This document shows, piece by piece, positions 9,857-19,355 of a stretch of DNA of 32,000 bases; within the stretch, counting starts at the first letter, position 1, and every line of letters starts with the position of its first letter. A program made the translations under genes and the position numbers. Source of the DNA: Cupriavidus necator (lineage in GTDB: Bacteria; Pseudomonadota; Gammaproteobacteria; Burkholderiales; Burkholderiaceae); assembly GCF_016127575.1 (NCBI RefSeq), contig NZ_CP066020.1:30001-62000 (forward strand). The letters run 5' to 3'. Under the pieces are notes generated by a model, which saw nothing but the letters and a program-made list of their open reading frames with translations, had not been told where the DNA came from and searched no databases.

Positions 9857-11041
9857 ATGCGAGCGCAGACCTTGCCAGCCGGCAGCGACCATGCGCCGGT
9901 GCTGGCTTGCGGTGCATGGCTGAAGAATGCCGCATGCCTGTTGCGGGGCGCCGAGGTCCTCTGGTCCCCGATACATGGCGATCTTGGAGATCCGGCCAAC
10001 TGCGATGCGCTTGACCAGTCGGTCGAACAGTTACTTGACAGCGCTCACGGCCAGGTGCAGGCGGTGGCGCATGATCTGCACCCGGATTTCTATAGCACGC
10101 AACTCGCGCAACGCCTGGCGGCTCGGCTTTGCGTGCCGGCAGTGGCCGTCCAGCACCATCACGCGCACATCGCCGCGCTGATGGCGGAATACGATCTGAG
10201 AGAACCCGTGATCGGCTTGGCGCTGGACGGCGTCGGTCTTGGCACGGATGGTACGGCTTGGGGTGGGGAGTTGCTATGGGTTTCTCCGTCAGAGTGGTGT
10301 CGCTTGGGGCATCTCCAGTCGCTGCCGCTGCCTGGCGGCGACGTGGCAGCGCGCGAACCCTGGCGCATGGCAGCCGCAGCGCTACATGTGCTGGACCGTA
10401 CGGGCGAGATCGGGCGGCGCTACGGCGCCGTTGTAGGTGAGCAGGCGGCCCGTACCGTGGCAGCGATGCTGGAACGGCAACTCAACTGTCCACGATCCAG
10501 TAGCGCCGGGCGCTGGTTCGACGCCGCGGCGGGTGCGCTGGGTGTCAGTGTGCGGCAGCAGGCCGAGGCGCAGGCTGCGATCGCCCTGGAGGCGCTTGCG
10601 GCCGACTATCTGTCCGCGCTGTCGCCGCCTGAATGCGTCGGTACGTACGTCGTGGATCAGGACGGAGTTCTGGATCTGCGTGGGCTGCTGGAGCAGCTGT
10701 TTGCGCTGGCCGATGAGGGTCAGGCGGGGCAAGCGGCGCGGGGCGCGGCGCTGTTCCATGTGGCGCTCGCCGAGGCTCTGGTGGGGTGGGCCGCTGACGC
10801 AGCGCAGGGCCACGGACTGAAGACCGTGGCCCTGGGCGGTGGATGTTTCATGAATGGCATTTTGAGCGCCAGCGTGCAAGCCGGATTGGCAGCGCGAGGT
10901 TTGCAAGCGTTGCTGCCGCGCGCGGTATCGTGCGGCGATGCAGGGCTCGCGCTGGGGCAAGCCTGGGTCGCGGCCCGCCAGCCTACGGCTGCCCTGGCGC
11001 CGCAAACGCATCTACAGGAGGAGGGCGCGCCATGTGCCTAG
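9857..11041 (+). CDS. hypF: Short-form carbamoyltransferase HypF (C-terminal Kae1/YrdC-like part only)
   Basis: ATG 9857 lies 1 nt after the hypB stop, giving 394 aa. Motifs HHHAHIAA and ALDGVGLGTDGTAWGGE are typical of the HypF C-terminal domain. There is no acylphosphatase domain and no CxxC zinc-finger pair. The track extension (from 9761) lies inside hypB. Confidence 0.9.
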   Translation: MRAQTLPAGSDHAPVLACGAWLKNAACLLRGAEVLWSPIHGDLGDPANCDALDQSVEQLLDSAHGQVQAVAHDLHPDFYSTQLAQRLAARLCVPAVAVQHHHAHIAALMAEYDLREPVIGLALDGVGLGTDGTAWGGELLWVSPSEWCRLGHLQSLPLPGGDVAAREPWRMAAAALHVLDRTGEIGRRYGAVVGEQAARTVAAMLERQLNCPRSSSAGRWFDAAAGALGVSVRQQAEAQAAIALEALAADYLSALSPPECVGTYVVDQDGVLDLRGLLEQLFALADEGQAGQAARGAALFHVALAEALVGWAADAAQGHGLKTVALGGGCFMNGILSASVQAGLAARGLQALLPRAVSCGDAGLALGQAWVAARQPTAALAPQTHLQEEGAPCA

Positions 11042-11304
11042 CGATTCCCGCACGTTTGGTGGAACTGCAAGCGGACCAGCAGGGCGTAGTCGACCTGAGC
11101 GGTGTACGTAAGACCATATCTCTCGCGCTGATGGCCGATGCCGTAGTCGGTGACTACGTCATCGTGCATGTCGGCTACGCGATTGGCAAGATCGATCCAG
11201 AGGAAGCAGAACGCACGCTGCGTCTGTTCGCGGAATTGGAGCGAGTGCAGCCGCCTGCGTCCGAGCCGATGCATGGGATGAACATTCATCAGGAGCCGGC
11301 ATGA
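11032..11304 (+). CDS. hypC: Fe(CN)2CO-cofactor chaperone HypC
   Basis: Starts MCLAIP (Cys2), 90 aa. It overlaps hypF by 10 nt, and its stop overlaps the hypD start (ATGA). Confidence 0.93.
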   Translation: MCLAIPARLVELQADQQGVVDLSGVRKTISLALMADAVVGDYVIVHVGYAIGKIDPEEAERTLRLFAELERVQPPASEPMHGMNIHQEPA

Positions 11305-12440
11305 AATACATCGAAGAATTTCGCGACGGCGAGCTGGCGCAACGCATTGCGGCGCACGTTCGCGCTGAGGCGCGGCCGGGGCAACGCTACAACTTCATGG
11401 AGTTCTGCGGCGGACACACGCATGCCATTTCGCGTTACGGCGTGACCGAACTGCTGCCCGAGAACGTGCGGATGATTCACGGGCCGGGCTGCCCAGTGTG
11501 CGTGCTGCCGATCGGCCGCATTGACCTAGCGCTGCATCTGGCGCTGGAGCGCGACGCCATCGTCTGCACTTACGGCGACACGATGCGGGTGCCGGCCTCG
11601 GGGGGCATGTCGTTGATTCGGGCCAAGGCGCACGGGGCCGACATCCGCATGGTCTACTCGGCCGCTGATGCGCTGAAAATTGCGCAGCGGCATCCACAGC
11701 GCGAGGTGGTGTTCCTTGCCATTGGCTTCGAGACTACAACGCCTCCAACTGCGCTGATTATTCGCGAGGCGAAGGCGCGCCAGGTGGATAACTTCAGTGT
11801 GTTGTGTTGCCACGTGCTTACGCCGTCGGCCATTACCCACATCCTGGAGTCGCCCGAGGTGCGCGACTATGGCACTGTGCCCATCGACGGATTCGTTGGG
11901 CCGGCTCATGTGAGTATCGTGATCGGTACCCGGCCCTATGAGCATTTTTCACGCGAGTACGGTAAGCCGGTGGTGATCGCAGGCTTCGAGCCGCTCGATG
12001 TGATGCAAGCCATTCTGATGTTGGTACGACAAGTCAACAGCGGACGCGCAGAGGTGGAAAATGAGTTCGTGCGCGCTGTCACCCGCGATGGCAACGAGAG
12101 CGCGCAGGCCATGGTGTCGGAAGTGTTCGAGCTGCGGCCGTCTTTCGAGTGGCGAGGACTCGGCGAGGTGCCATATAGCGCCTTGCGCATCCGCGCGCAG
12201 TTTGCGCGTTTCGACGCTGAGCAACGCTTCGATCTGCGCTACCGGCCGGTGCCTGACAATAAGGCTTGCGAATGCGGCGCGATCTTGCGTGGCGTCAAGA
12301 AGCCAACCGACTGCAAGCTGTTCGCTACCGTCTGCACCCCGGAGAATCCGATGGGGTCGTGCATGGTATCCAGCGAAGGTGCCTGCGCCGCGCACTATTC
12401 GTATGGGCGGTTCAAGGATATCCCCTTGGTGGCAGCATGA
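11301..12440 (+). CDS. hypD: FeS maturation protein HypD
   Basis: 379 aa with GPGCPVCV, GFETT and the C-terminal Cys cluster (CECGAILRG...CKLF...CTPENPMGSCMVSSEGAC). Confidence 0.96.
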   Translation: MKYIEEFRDGELAQRIAAHVRAEARPGQRYNFMEFCGGHTHAISRYGVTELLPENVRMIHGPGCPVCVLPIGRIDLALHLALERDAIVCTYGDTMRVPASGGMSLIRAKAHGADIRMVYSAADALKIAQRHPQREVVFLAIGFETTTPPTALIIREAKARQVDNFSVLCCHVLTPSAITHILESPEVRDYGTVPIDGFVGPAHVSIVIGTRPYEHFSREYGKPVVIAGFEPLDVMQAILMLVRQVNSGRAEVENEFVRAVTRDGNESAQAMVSEVFELRPSFEWRGLGEVPYSALRIRAQFARFDAEQRFDLRYRPVPDNKACECGAILRGVKKPTDCKLFATVCTPENPMGSCMVSSEGACAAHYSYGRFKDIPLVAA

Positions 12441-13492
12441 GCGGCACCGTTAAACTGGGCTATCAACGGCCCCTGAACATCAAGAGCGGCAGAATCGACA
12501 TGGGCCACGGCGCGGGGGGGCGCGCAGCCGCACAACTTATCCAGGAACTGTTCGTTGCTGCGTTTGACAATGAGTGGCTGCGCCAGGGCAACGACCAGGC
12601 GGCTTTCGCCATGCCTGCCGGGGCCAGAATGGTGATGGCCACCGACGCGCACGTGGTGTCGCCGCTATTCTTCCCCGGGGGTGACATCGGTAGCCTGTCG
12701 GTGCACGGCACCATTAACGATGTGGCGATGGCCGGTGCCAAACCGCTGTATCTGGCCGCGAGTTTCATCCTCGAGGAAGGGTTTCCGCTAGCGGATCTTA
12801 AGCGCATTGTCGAATCGATGGCCGGGGCTGCGCGTGAGGCTGGCGTGCCTATCGTGACGGGTGACACGAAAGTGGTCGAGCAAGGCAAGGGTGATGGCGT
12901 ATTCATTACCACTACCGGCGTCGGCGTGGTGCCAGCGGGCATTCTAATCGACGGCGCCGGGGCCAGGCCCGGCGACGCTATTCTGCTCTCTGGCACTATG
13001 GGGGAGCATGGCGTAGCGATCCTGTCCAAACGCGAGTCGCTTGAATTTGACACTGAGATCCGCTCGGACAGCGCCGCGCTGCACGACTTGGTGGCACAGA
13101 TGCTGGCCGTGGTGCCGGGGGTACGAGTGCTGCGGGATCCTACGCGCGGCGGACTGGCGACCACGCTCAACGAAATTTCCAGTCAATCGGGAGTGGGCAT
13201 GGTGTTGGACGAAGCGGCGATCCCCGTCCTGCCACAGGTGGACGCGGCATGCGAGCTGCTCGGGCTTGATCCGCTGTACGTGGCGAACGAAGGTAAATTG
13301 GTTGCCATTTGCGCAGCTGCGGACGCGGATGCCCTGCTTGCCGCCATGCGGGGGCATCCGCTCGGTCGCGAGGCACGGCGCATCGGAGAGGTCATCGAGG
13401 ACGGGCGCCACTTTGTGCAGATGCGCACAAAATTCGGCGGGATGCGCGTGGTGGACTGGCTGTCCGGCGAGCAGCTTCCGCGCATTTGTTGA
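12437..13492 (+). CDS. hypE: Carbamoyl dehydratase HypE
   Basis: ATG 12437 overlaps the hypD stop (ATGA), giving 351 aa. PurM-like fold motifs are present (GHGAGG, DAHVVSP), and the protein ends in the invariant C-terminal PRIC. Confidence 0.95.
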   Translation: MSGTVKLGYQRPLNIKSGRIDMGHGAGGRAAAQLIQELFVAAFDNEWLRQGNDQAAFAMPAGARMVMATDAHVVSPLFFPGGDIGSLSVHGTINDVAMAGAKPLYLAASFILEEGFPLADLKRIVESMAGAAREAGVPIVTGDTKVVEQGKGDGVFITTTGVGVVPAGILIDGAGARPGDAILLSGTMGEHGVAILSKRESLEFDTEIRSDSAALHDLVAQMLAVVPGVRVLRDPTRGGLATTLNEISSQSGVGMVLDEAAIPVLPQVDAACELLGLDPLYVANEGKLVAICAAADADALLAAMRGHPLGREARRIGEVIEDGRHFVQMRTKFGGMRVVDWLSGEQLPRIC

Positions 13493-13503
13493 GCGAGTCG
13501 GCT

Positions 13504-15297
13504 ATGCGCATATTGCTCCTCACCCATAGCTTCAACAGTCTGACGCAGCGACTGTTTGTCGAGTTGCGCCAGCGCGGCCACCTGGTGTCGGTGGAGTTCG
13601 ATATTGCCGATTCCGTGACCGAGGAGGCCGTGGCGCTGTTCGCCCCCGATCTGGTCATCGCCCCTTTTCTCAAGCGTGCGATTCCGGAACGAATATGGAG
13701 TCGACTGGTCTGTCTGGTGGTGCATCCTGGCATTGTCGGCGATCGCGGCCCGAGTGCGCTGGACTGGGCGATCGTTCGAGACGAACGAAGTTGGGGTGTG
13801 ACGGTGTTGCAGGCCAACGGCGAGATGGATGCAGGTCCGGTATGGGCTAGCGCCACGTTCCCAATGCGCGCGGCACGCAAGAGCAGCCTGTATCGTAACG
13901 AGGTGACGGTGGCAGCAGTACAAGCTGTGCTGGAGGCGCTGGCGGCTTTTGAAGCCGGCTGGCGTTCGGCGAATGATGCGCAGAGCGGCCCGGGCACCTG
14001 GAATCCTGCAATGCGGCAGGCTGAGCGCGGCATCGACTGGGCGCGTGAGTCGACTGCCGCCGTGCTGGCAAAGCTACATGCGGCCGATAGCTTTCCCGGC
14101 GTACCGGATGCCTTGTTCGGCCAGCCGTGCCGGCTGTTCGACGCCCACGCCGCGACCCCGCAGACGGTCGCACGCGCGCCGCGAGGCCAGCCTGGCGATA
14201 TCGTTGCGCGCCGTGAGCATGCCGTGCTGCGCCTGACGGTGGACGCAGGCGTGTGGATCGGTCACGCCAAGCTGGCCGTGCGCGATGAGTGGGAAAACAC
14301 AAGCCTGCCATCTCTCAAGCTGCCGGTGGCGCAAGTATTTCATGAGGCGTGGGCGCAATTGCCGGACCTGTCGCTGCCGCTGGAACACGACGCCGGCGAG
14401 TGGAGCGAGTTCCGGTACTGGGAAGACGATTCCGGCGCGGGCCTGGTCGGATACCTCGCCTTCGACTGCTATAACGGGGCGATGTCGACCGCGCAATGCC
14501 AACGGCTTTGCGCCGCCTTGCGCTACGCGCGCGGTCGCCAGACGCGGGTGCTGGTGCTGCTGGGGGGAGAGGATTTTTTCAGCAATGGTATTCATCTGCA
14601 CCAAATCGAGGCGGCGGAGCACCGGGGCGCGGAGAGCGCGGCCGATGCCTCCTGGCGCAATATTCAGGCGATGGACGACGTCGCGCTGGAAATCCTTGCG
14701 TTTTCCGATCGCATGACGGTGTCGGCGCTGCGCGGCAATGCGGGAGCGGGCGGCGTGTTCTTGGCGCTGGCGGCCGATCAGGTATGGGCGCGCGAAGGTG
14801 TACTCGTGAATCCGCACTACAAGAACATGGGCAATCTGTATGGTTCGGAATACTGGACCTATCTGTTGCCGCAACGCGTCGGTGCGCAACGAGCCAGTGA
14901 TCTGATGGACGGCCGTTTGCCAATGTCGGTCCGGCGGGCGATCGAGATTGGGCTGATCGATGCCAGCTTGGACGGCGACGCGCGCTCGTGCCTTGCCGAG
15001 ATTGGCCGCCGCGCCGTTGCGCTGGCCCGGGCGCCAGACTATGCTGCGCATATTGACAACAAGCGGCGAAAACGGGCCGCAGACGAAGCGGCAAAGCCGC
15101 TGGCCCAGTATCGAGAGGAAGAATTGGTGCATATGCATCGGAATTTCTATGGATTCGATCCGAGCTATCACGTGGCACGCTATCATTTCGTCTACAAATT
15201 ACCCCATGCACATACGCCTCGCCACCTTGCCATGCACCGGGGTGGCAGCCTGCCGGCGGCACAAGAGTTGCAGGCACTTGCGGGGAAACGATCTTGA
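13504..15297 (+). CDS. hypX: HypX, an aerobic maturation factor (formyltransferase-like N-domain fused to a crotonase-like C-domain)
   Basis: ATG 13504, 597 aa. The N-terminal half resembles N10-formyl-THF transferases (MRILLLTHS..., HPGIVGDRGPSALDWAI). The C-terminal half resembles enoyl-CoA hydratases (GNAGAGGVFLALAAD). Confidence 0.92.
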   Translation: MRILLLTHSFNSLTQRLFVELRQRGHLVSVEFDIADSVTEEAVALFAPDLVIAPFLKRAIPERIWSRLVCLVVHPGIVGDRGPSALDWAIVRDERSWGVTVLQANGEMDAGPVWASATFPMRAARKSSLYRNEVTVAAVQAVLEALAAFEAGWRSANDAQSGPGTWNPAMRQAERGIDWARESTAAVLAKLHAADSFPGVPDALFGQPCRLFDAHAATPQTVARAPRGQPGDIVARREHAVLRLTVDAGVWIGHAKLAVRDEWENTSLPSLKLPVAQVFHEAWAQLPDLSLPLEHDAGEWSEFRYWEDDSGAGLVGYLAFDCYNGAMSTAQCQRLCAALRYARGRQTRVLVLLGGEDFFSNGIHLHQIEAAEHRGAESAADASWRNIQAMDDVALEILAFSDRMTVSALRGNAGAGGVFLALAADQVWAREGVLVNPHYKNMGNLYGSEYWTYLLPQRVGAQRASDLMDGRLPMSVRRAIEIGLIDASLDGDARSCLAEIGRRAVALARAPDYAAHIDNKRRKRAADEAAKPLAQYREEELVHMHRNFYGFDPSYHVARYHFVYKLPHAHTPRHLAMHRGGSLPAAQELQALAGKRS

Positions 15298-15300
15298 GCC

Positions 15301-16749
15301 ATGTCTGACAAGCAGGCCACTGTTCTTGTCGTCGACGACGAAACCCGTTCACAGGATGCTCTCCGGCGCACTCTTGACGAGGAATTCCGTGTACTGACGG
15401 TCAGCTCCGCCGACGAGGCACGCGCCTTGTTGCTGCGCCAGCCGGTCTCGGTGATCCTGTGCGATCAACGCATGCCAGGCCTCACGGGGGTGGAATTTCT
15501 CAAAGAGGTGCGCGAGCGCTGGCCGGAAATCGTGCGTATCGTCATCTCAGGCTATACCGATTCGGAAGACATCATTGCAGGGGTTAACGAGGCGGGTATC
15601 TATCAGTACATCCTCAAGCCCTGGGTACCGGACCATTTGATCGACACCGTGCGCCAGGCAGTCGAGGCACAGGGGCTGCAGGGCGATATGCATCGCCTTG
15701 ATCTCGAGTTGCGCACCAGCACGCCGGTCTTGCGCCAGCGAAGCAGCCAGAAACTGGCAAGTGCGCAGAGCGCATTCAATTTCGAGCGCATTGTGCGCGC
15801 ACCGGGCAGCCCATTGGATGCCGTTTGCGAGGTCGCCGCCCGCGTGGCGCGTTATGATTTGCCGGTTATGGTGCTCGGCGAGTCCGGCACCGGCAAGGAG
15901 TTGCTGGCGCGCGCCATTCATTACGCCAGCCCACGCGCGGCGCGCGCCTTTGTCAGCGAGAACTGCGCTGCCGTGCCGGACAACCTGCTCGAATCCGAGT
16001 TGTTCGGGCACAAGCGCGGCGCCTTCACCGGGGCGTACGAAGATCATGCCGGTCTGTTCCAGCGCGCGAACGGCGGTACCATTTTTCTGGATGAGATTGG
16101 CGATACTTCGCCGGCGTTTCAGGTCAAGCTTCTGCGCGTGCTGCAGGAGGGGGAGGTGCGGCCAGTTGGCTCGCCACGTTGGATACCGGTCGATGTCCGT
16201 GTCATCGCGGCCACCCACTGTAACCTGGAAAGCGACGTCCATGCCGGACGGTTCCGCGAGGATCTTTATTACCGGATCGCTGGCGTCACCATTTCGATGC
16301 CGCCGTTACGGGAGCGTAGTGGGGATTTGCAGCCCATCGCGGCCAAGCTGCTGGAGCAGGTGGCGCAGGAGCTGGCCCGCCCCGGTCTGTATTTCGGTGG
16401 GGACGCACTTGCAGCGATGATGGCGTATCCCTGGCCGGGCAACATCCGCGAACTGCGCAATGAGATTTATCGGGCGGTAGCGCTCTCCTCGGGCGAAGAG
16501 ATTCGCGCGCAACTTTTCTCGCGCAAGGTGCTGCACGGTCAGCCCGGCACCGTCAAGCGTGGGCCGCATGTGCAGACTTTCCCGCAGTCGGGTACGCTGC
16601 AGGAGCGACTTGACGCGATCGAGGCGGTGGTGCTGAAGGAGGCGCTCCTGCGCCATCGTTGGAACAAGACCCATGCGGCCAAGGAGTTGGGTCTATCGCG
16701 CGTCGGATTACGTCAGAAGCTGTTGCGCTTTGGCTTGGAGGAGAAATGA
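15301..16749 (+). CDS. hoxA: NtrC-family sigma54-dependent response regulator, activator of hydrogenase genes
   Basis: 482 aa. Receiver domain ([16 protein letters not shown]). AAA+ domain with Walker A GESGTGKE and the sigma54-contact motif GAFTGA. C-terminal HTH ([16 protein letters not shown]). Confidence 0.96.
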   Translation: MSDKQATVLVVDDETRSQDALRRTLDEEFRVLTVSSADEARALLLRQPVSVILCDQRMPGLTGVEFLKEVRERWPEIVRIVISGYTDSEDIIAGVNEAGIYQYILKPWVPDHLIDTVRQAVEAQGLQGDMHRLDLELRTSTPVLRQRSSQKLASAQSAFNFERIVRAPGSPLDAVCEVAARVARYDLPVMVLGESGTGKELLARAIHYASPRAARAFVSENCAAVPDNLLESELFGHKRGAFTGAYEDHAGLFQRANGGTIFLDEIGDTSPAFQVKLLRVLQEGEVRPVGSPRWIPVDVRVIAATHCNLESDVHAGRFREDLYYRIAGVTISMPPLRERSGDLQPIAAKLLEQVAQELARPGLYFGGDALAAMMAYPWPGNIRELRNEIYRAVALSSGEEIRAQLFSRKVLHGQPGTVKRGPHVQTFPQSGTLQERLDAIEAVVLKEALLRHRWNKTHAAKELGLSRVGLRQKLLRFGLEEK

Positions 16750-17789
16750 ACGCGCCTGTATGTACCGGTCTTGCCTCAGCAAAACCCGGCGTATTGAATG
16801 TGCTCTGGATACAGTCCGGCGGCTGCGGTGGCTGCAGCATGTCCCTGCTTTGCGCGGACACTACCGATTTCACTGGCATGCTCAAGAGTGCGGGAATCCA
16901 CATGCTTTGGCATCCCTCGCTATCGCTGGAAAGCGGCGTGGAACAGCTGCAAATATTGGAAGACTGCTTGCAAGGCCGCGTCGCACTGCATGCCTTGTGT
17001 GTCGAGGGGGCGATGCTGCGCGGTCCGCATGGTACCGGGCGCTTTCATCTCCTCGCCGGCACTGGTGTGCCGATGATCGAATGGGTCAGCCGCCTGGCAG
17101 CGGTCGCCGACTACACGCTGGCGGTCGGCACCTGTGCCGCTTATGGCGGCATCACCGCAGGTGGCGGGAACCCGACGGACGCCTGTGGCCTGCAATACGA
17201 GGGGGACCAGCCCGGAGGACTGCTCGGCCTCAACTACCGCTCACGCGCCGGCCTGCCGGTGATCAATGTCGCCGGTTGCCCGACGCATCCGGGTTGGGTG
17301 ACGGATGCACTGGCATTGCTGTCGGCTCGCCTGCTAACCGCGAGCGACCTGGATACCCTGGGCCGGCCTCGATTCTATGCTGATCAGTTGGTGCATCACG
17401 GTTGCACGCGCAACGAGTACTATGAATTCAAGGCTAGTGCGGAAAAGCCTTCGGACCTGGGTTGCATGATGGAAAACATGGGATGCAAGGGTACCCAGGC
17501 TCACGCCGATTGCAATACCCGCCTATGGAACGGAGAGGGTTCCTGTACCCGCGGGGGGTATGCCTGCATCAGTTGCACTGAACCCGGCTTCGAAGAGCCC
17601 GGCCACCCCTTCCACCAAACACCCAAGGTTGCCGGCATCCCGATCGGTTTGCCCACCGATATGCCCAAAGCCTGGTTTGTCGCGCTTGCTTCGTTGTCCA
17701 AGTCAGCCACGCCCAAGCGAGTGAAACTTAATGCCACGGCAGATCATCCGCTGATCGCGCCAGCCATTCGCAAGACGCGGCTGAAATAG
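16746..17789 (+). CDS. hoxB: Regulatory (H2-sensing) [NiFe]-hydrogenase small subunit
   Basis: ATG 16746 overlaps the hoxA stop (ATGA). Small-subunit Cys motifs are present (GGCGGCSMS, GTCAAYGG, GCPTHP, HHGCTRNE, CMMENMGCKGTQAHADC, YACISC). There is no twin-arginine signal peptide at the N-terminus. Confidence 0.94.
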   Translation: MNAPVCTGLASAKPGVLNVLWIQSGGCGGCSMSLLCADTTDFTGMLKSAGIHMLWHPSLSLESGVEQLQILEDCLQGRVALHALCVEGAMLRGPHGTGRFHLLAGTGVPMIEWVSRLAAVADYTLAVGTCAAYGGITAGGGNPTDACGLQYEGDQPGGLLGLNYRSRAGLPVINVAGCPTHPGWVTDALALLSARLLTASDLDTLGRPRFYADQLVHHGCTRNEYYEFKASAEKPSDLGCMMENMGCKGTQAHADCNTRLWNGEGSCTRGGYACISCTEPGFEEPGHPFHQTPKVAGIPIGLPTDMPKAWFVALASLSKSATPKRVKLNATADHPLIAPAIRKTRLK

Positions 17790-17798
17790 GAGGCGAGC

Positions 17799-19256
17799 AT
17801 GGAACGTTTGGTGGTGGGGCCGTTCAACCGCGTTGAGGGCGACCTCGAGGTGAACCTCGAGGTCGCCAGCGGTCGGGTATGCTCAGCACGTGTGAATGCC
17901 ACGATGTACCGCGGATTGGAACAGATCCTGCTACACCGGCATCCGCTTGACGCGCTGGTCTATGCGCCGCGTGTGTGCGGTATCTGCTCGGTGTCCCAGT
18001 CGGTCGCGGCCAGCCGCGCATTGGCGGATCTTGCCGGCGTGACGGTACCCGCTAACGGTATGCTGGCGATGAACTTGATGCTGGCGACCGAGAATCTGGC
18101 CGACCATCTGACGCACTTCTATCTGTTCTTCATGCCGGATTTCACGCGCGAGATATATGCTGGCCGCCCCTGGCACACCGACGCGACGGCACGTTTTTCG
18201 CCCACGCATGGTAAGCACCACAGGCTGGCGATTGCCGCAAGGCAGCGATGGTTTACCTTGATGGGCACCCTGGGCGGCAAATGGCCGCACACAGAATCGG
18301 TGCAGCCCGGTGGTTCGTCGCGCGCCATCGACGCCGCTGAGCGCGTTCGCCTGCTGGGCCGGGTGCGCGAATTCCGGTGCTTTCTCGAGCAGACACTGTA
18401 TGCCGCACCGCTCGAGGACGTCGTCGCGCTCGACAGCGAAGTCGCGTTGTGGCGCTGGCATGCGCAGGCGCCGCAGGCCGGAGACCTGCGATGTTTCCTC
18501 ACGATCGCGCAGGATGCGGCGCTGGACCAGATGGGGCCCGGCCCGGGTACGTATCTGTCATATGGCGCCTACCCCCAGCCCGAAGGCGGTTTTTGCTTCG
18601 CACAAGGTGTGTGGCGTAGCGCGCAAGGGCGGCTCGACGCGCTTGATCTTGCCGCGATCAGCGAAGATGCCACCTCCGCCTGGTTAGTCGACCAAGGGGG
18701 GGCGCGTCATCCTGCCAATGGCCTGACCGCGCCAGCACCTGACAAGGTGGGCGCCTATACCTGGAACAAGGCCCCTCGATTGGCCGGCGCCGTGCTGGAG
18801 ACCGGTGCGATCGCCCGGCAGTTGGCCGGCGCACAGCCCTTGGTGCGTGACGCGGTGGCGCGCTGCGGCGCCACCGTCTATACGCGCGTATTGGCGCGAC
18901 TGGTTGAACTGGCGCGAGTGGTGCCGTTGATGGAAGACTGGTTACAGTCCCTAGAAATCGGGGCCCCATATTGGGCGTCGGCCCACCTGCCGGATCAGGG
19001 CGCTGGCGTTGGCCTTACGGAGGCGGCGCGCGGCAGCCTGGGGCACTGGGTGTCGGTGCGCGATGGGCGAATCGACAATTACCAGATCGTCGCACCCACG
19101 TCCTGGAACTTCTCGCCGCGCGATATAGCCGGCCAGCCCGGGGCCGTGGAGAAAGCACTCGAGGGTGCGCCTGTGCTGCAAGGCGAAACAACGCCGGTCG
19201 CCGTTCAGCACATTGTCCGCTCCTTCGATCCCTGCATGGTGTGCACCGTGCATTGA
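17799..19256 (+). CDS. hoxC: Regulatory (H2-sensing) [NiFe]-hydrogenase large subunit
   Basis: 485 aa with RVCGICSVSQ and DPCMVCTVH. The ORF stops immediately after the terminal His, so there is no C-terminal extension. Confidence 0.95.
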   Translation: MERLVVGPFNRVEGDLEVNLEVASGRVCSARVNATMYRGLEQILLHRHPLDALVYAPRVCGICSVSQSVAASRALADLAGVTVPANGMLAMNLMLATENLADHLTHFYLFFMPDFTREIYAGRPWHTDATARFSPTHGKHHRLAIAARQRWFTLMGTLGGKWPHTESVQPGGSSRAIDAAERVRLLGRVREFRCFLEQTLYAAPLEDVVALDSEVALWRWHAQAPQAGDLRCFLTIAQDAALDQMGPGPGTYLSYGAYPQPEGGFCFAQGVWRSAQGRLDALDLAAISEDATSAWLVDQGGARHPANGLTAPAPDKVGAYTWNKAPRLAGAVLETGAIARQLAGAQPLVRDAVARCGATVYTRVLARLVELARVVPLMEDWLQSLEIGAPYWASAHLPDQGAGVGLTEAARGSLGHWVSVRDGRIDNYQIVAPTSWNFSPRDIAGQPGAVEKALEGAPVLQGETTPVAVQHIVRSFDPCMVCTVH

Positions 19257-19355
19257 GCATGCACCTCAATCACCACGATCATATGGCACGGGCAAGCCGA
19301 AGCCGACGTGGCAACGTTGCGTCGCATCCTCGGGCACCTGATTGCCATTATCGCC

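Noticed and set aside
12463-15352. Long minus-strand ORFs opposite hypE/hypX (12463-13170, 13183-13923, 13392-14033, 14074-15186, 14579-15352)
   Set aside because: Same reasoning: high-GC antisense artefacts with no motifs, overlapping one another in different frames.
19308-19355. GTG 19308 as the hoxJ start (16 extra codons)
   Set aside because: Starting at ATG 19356 places the aberrant G2-box Ser at residue 422, matching the numbering I recall for HoxJ. Neither start has a strong SD, so this remains a judgement call.
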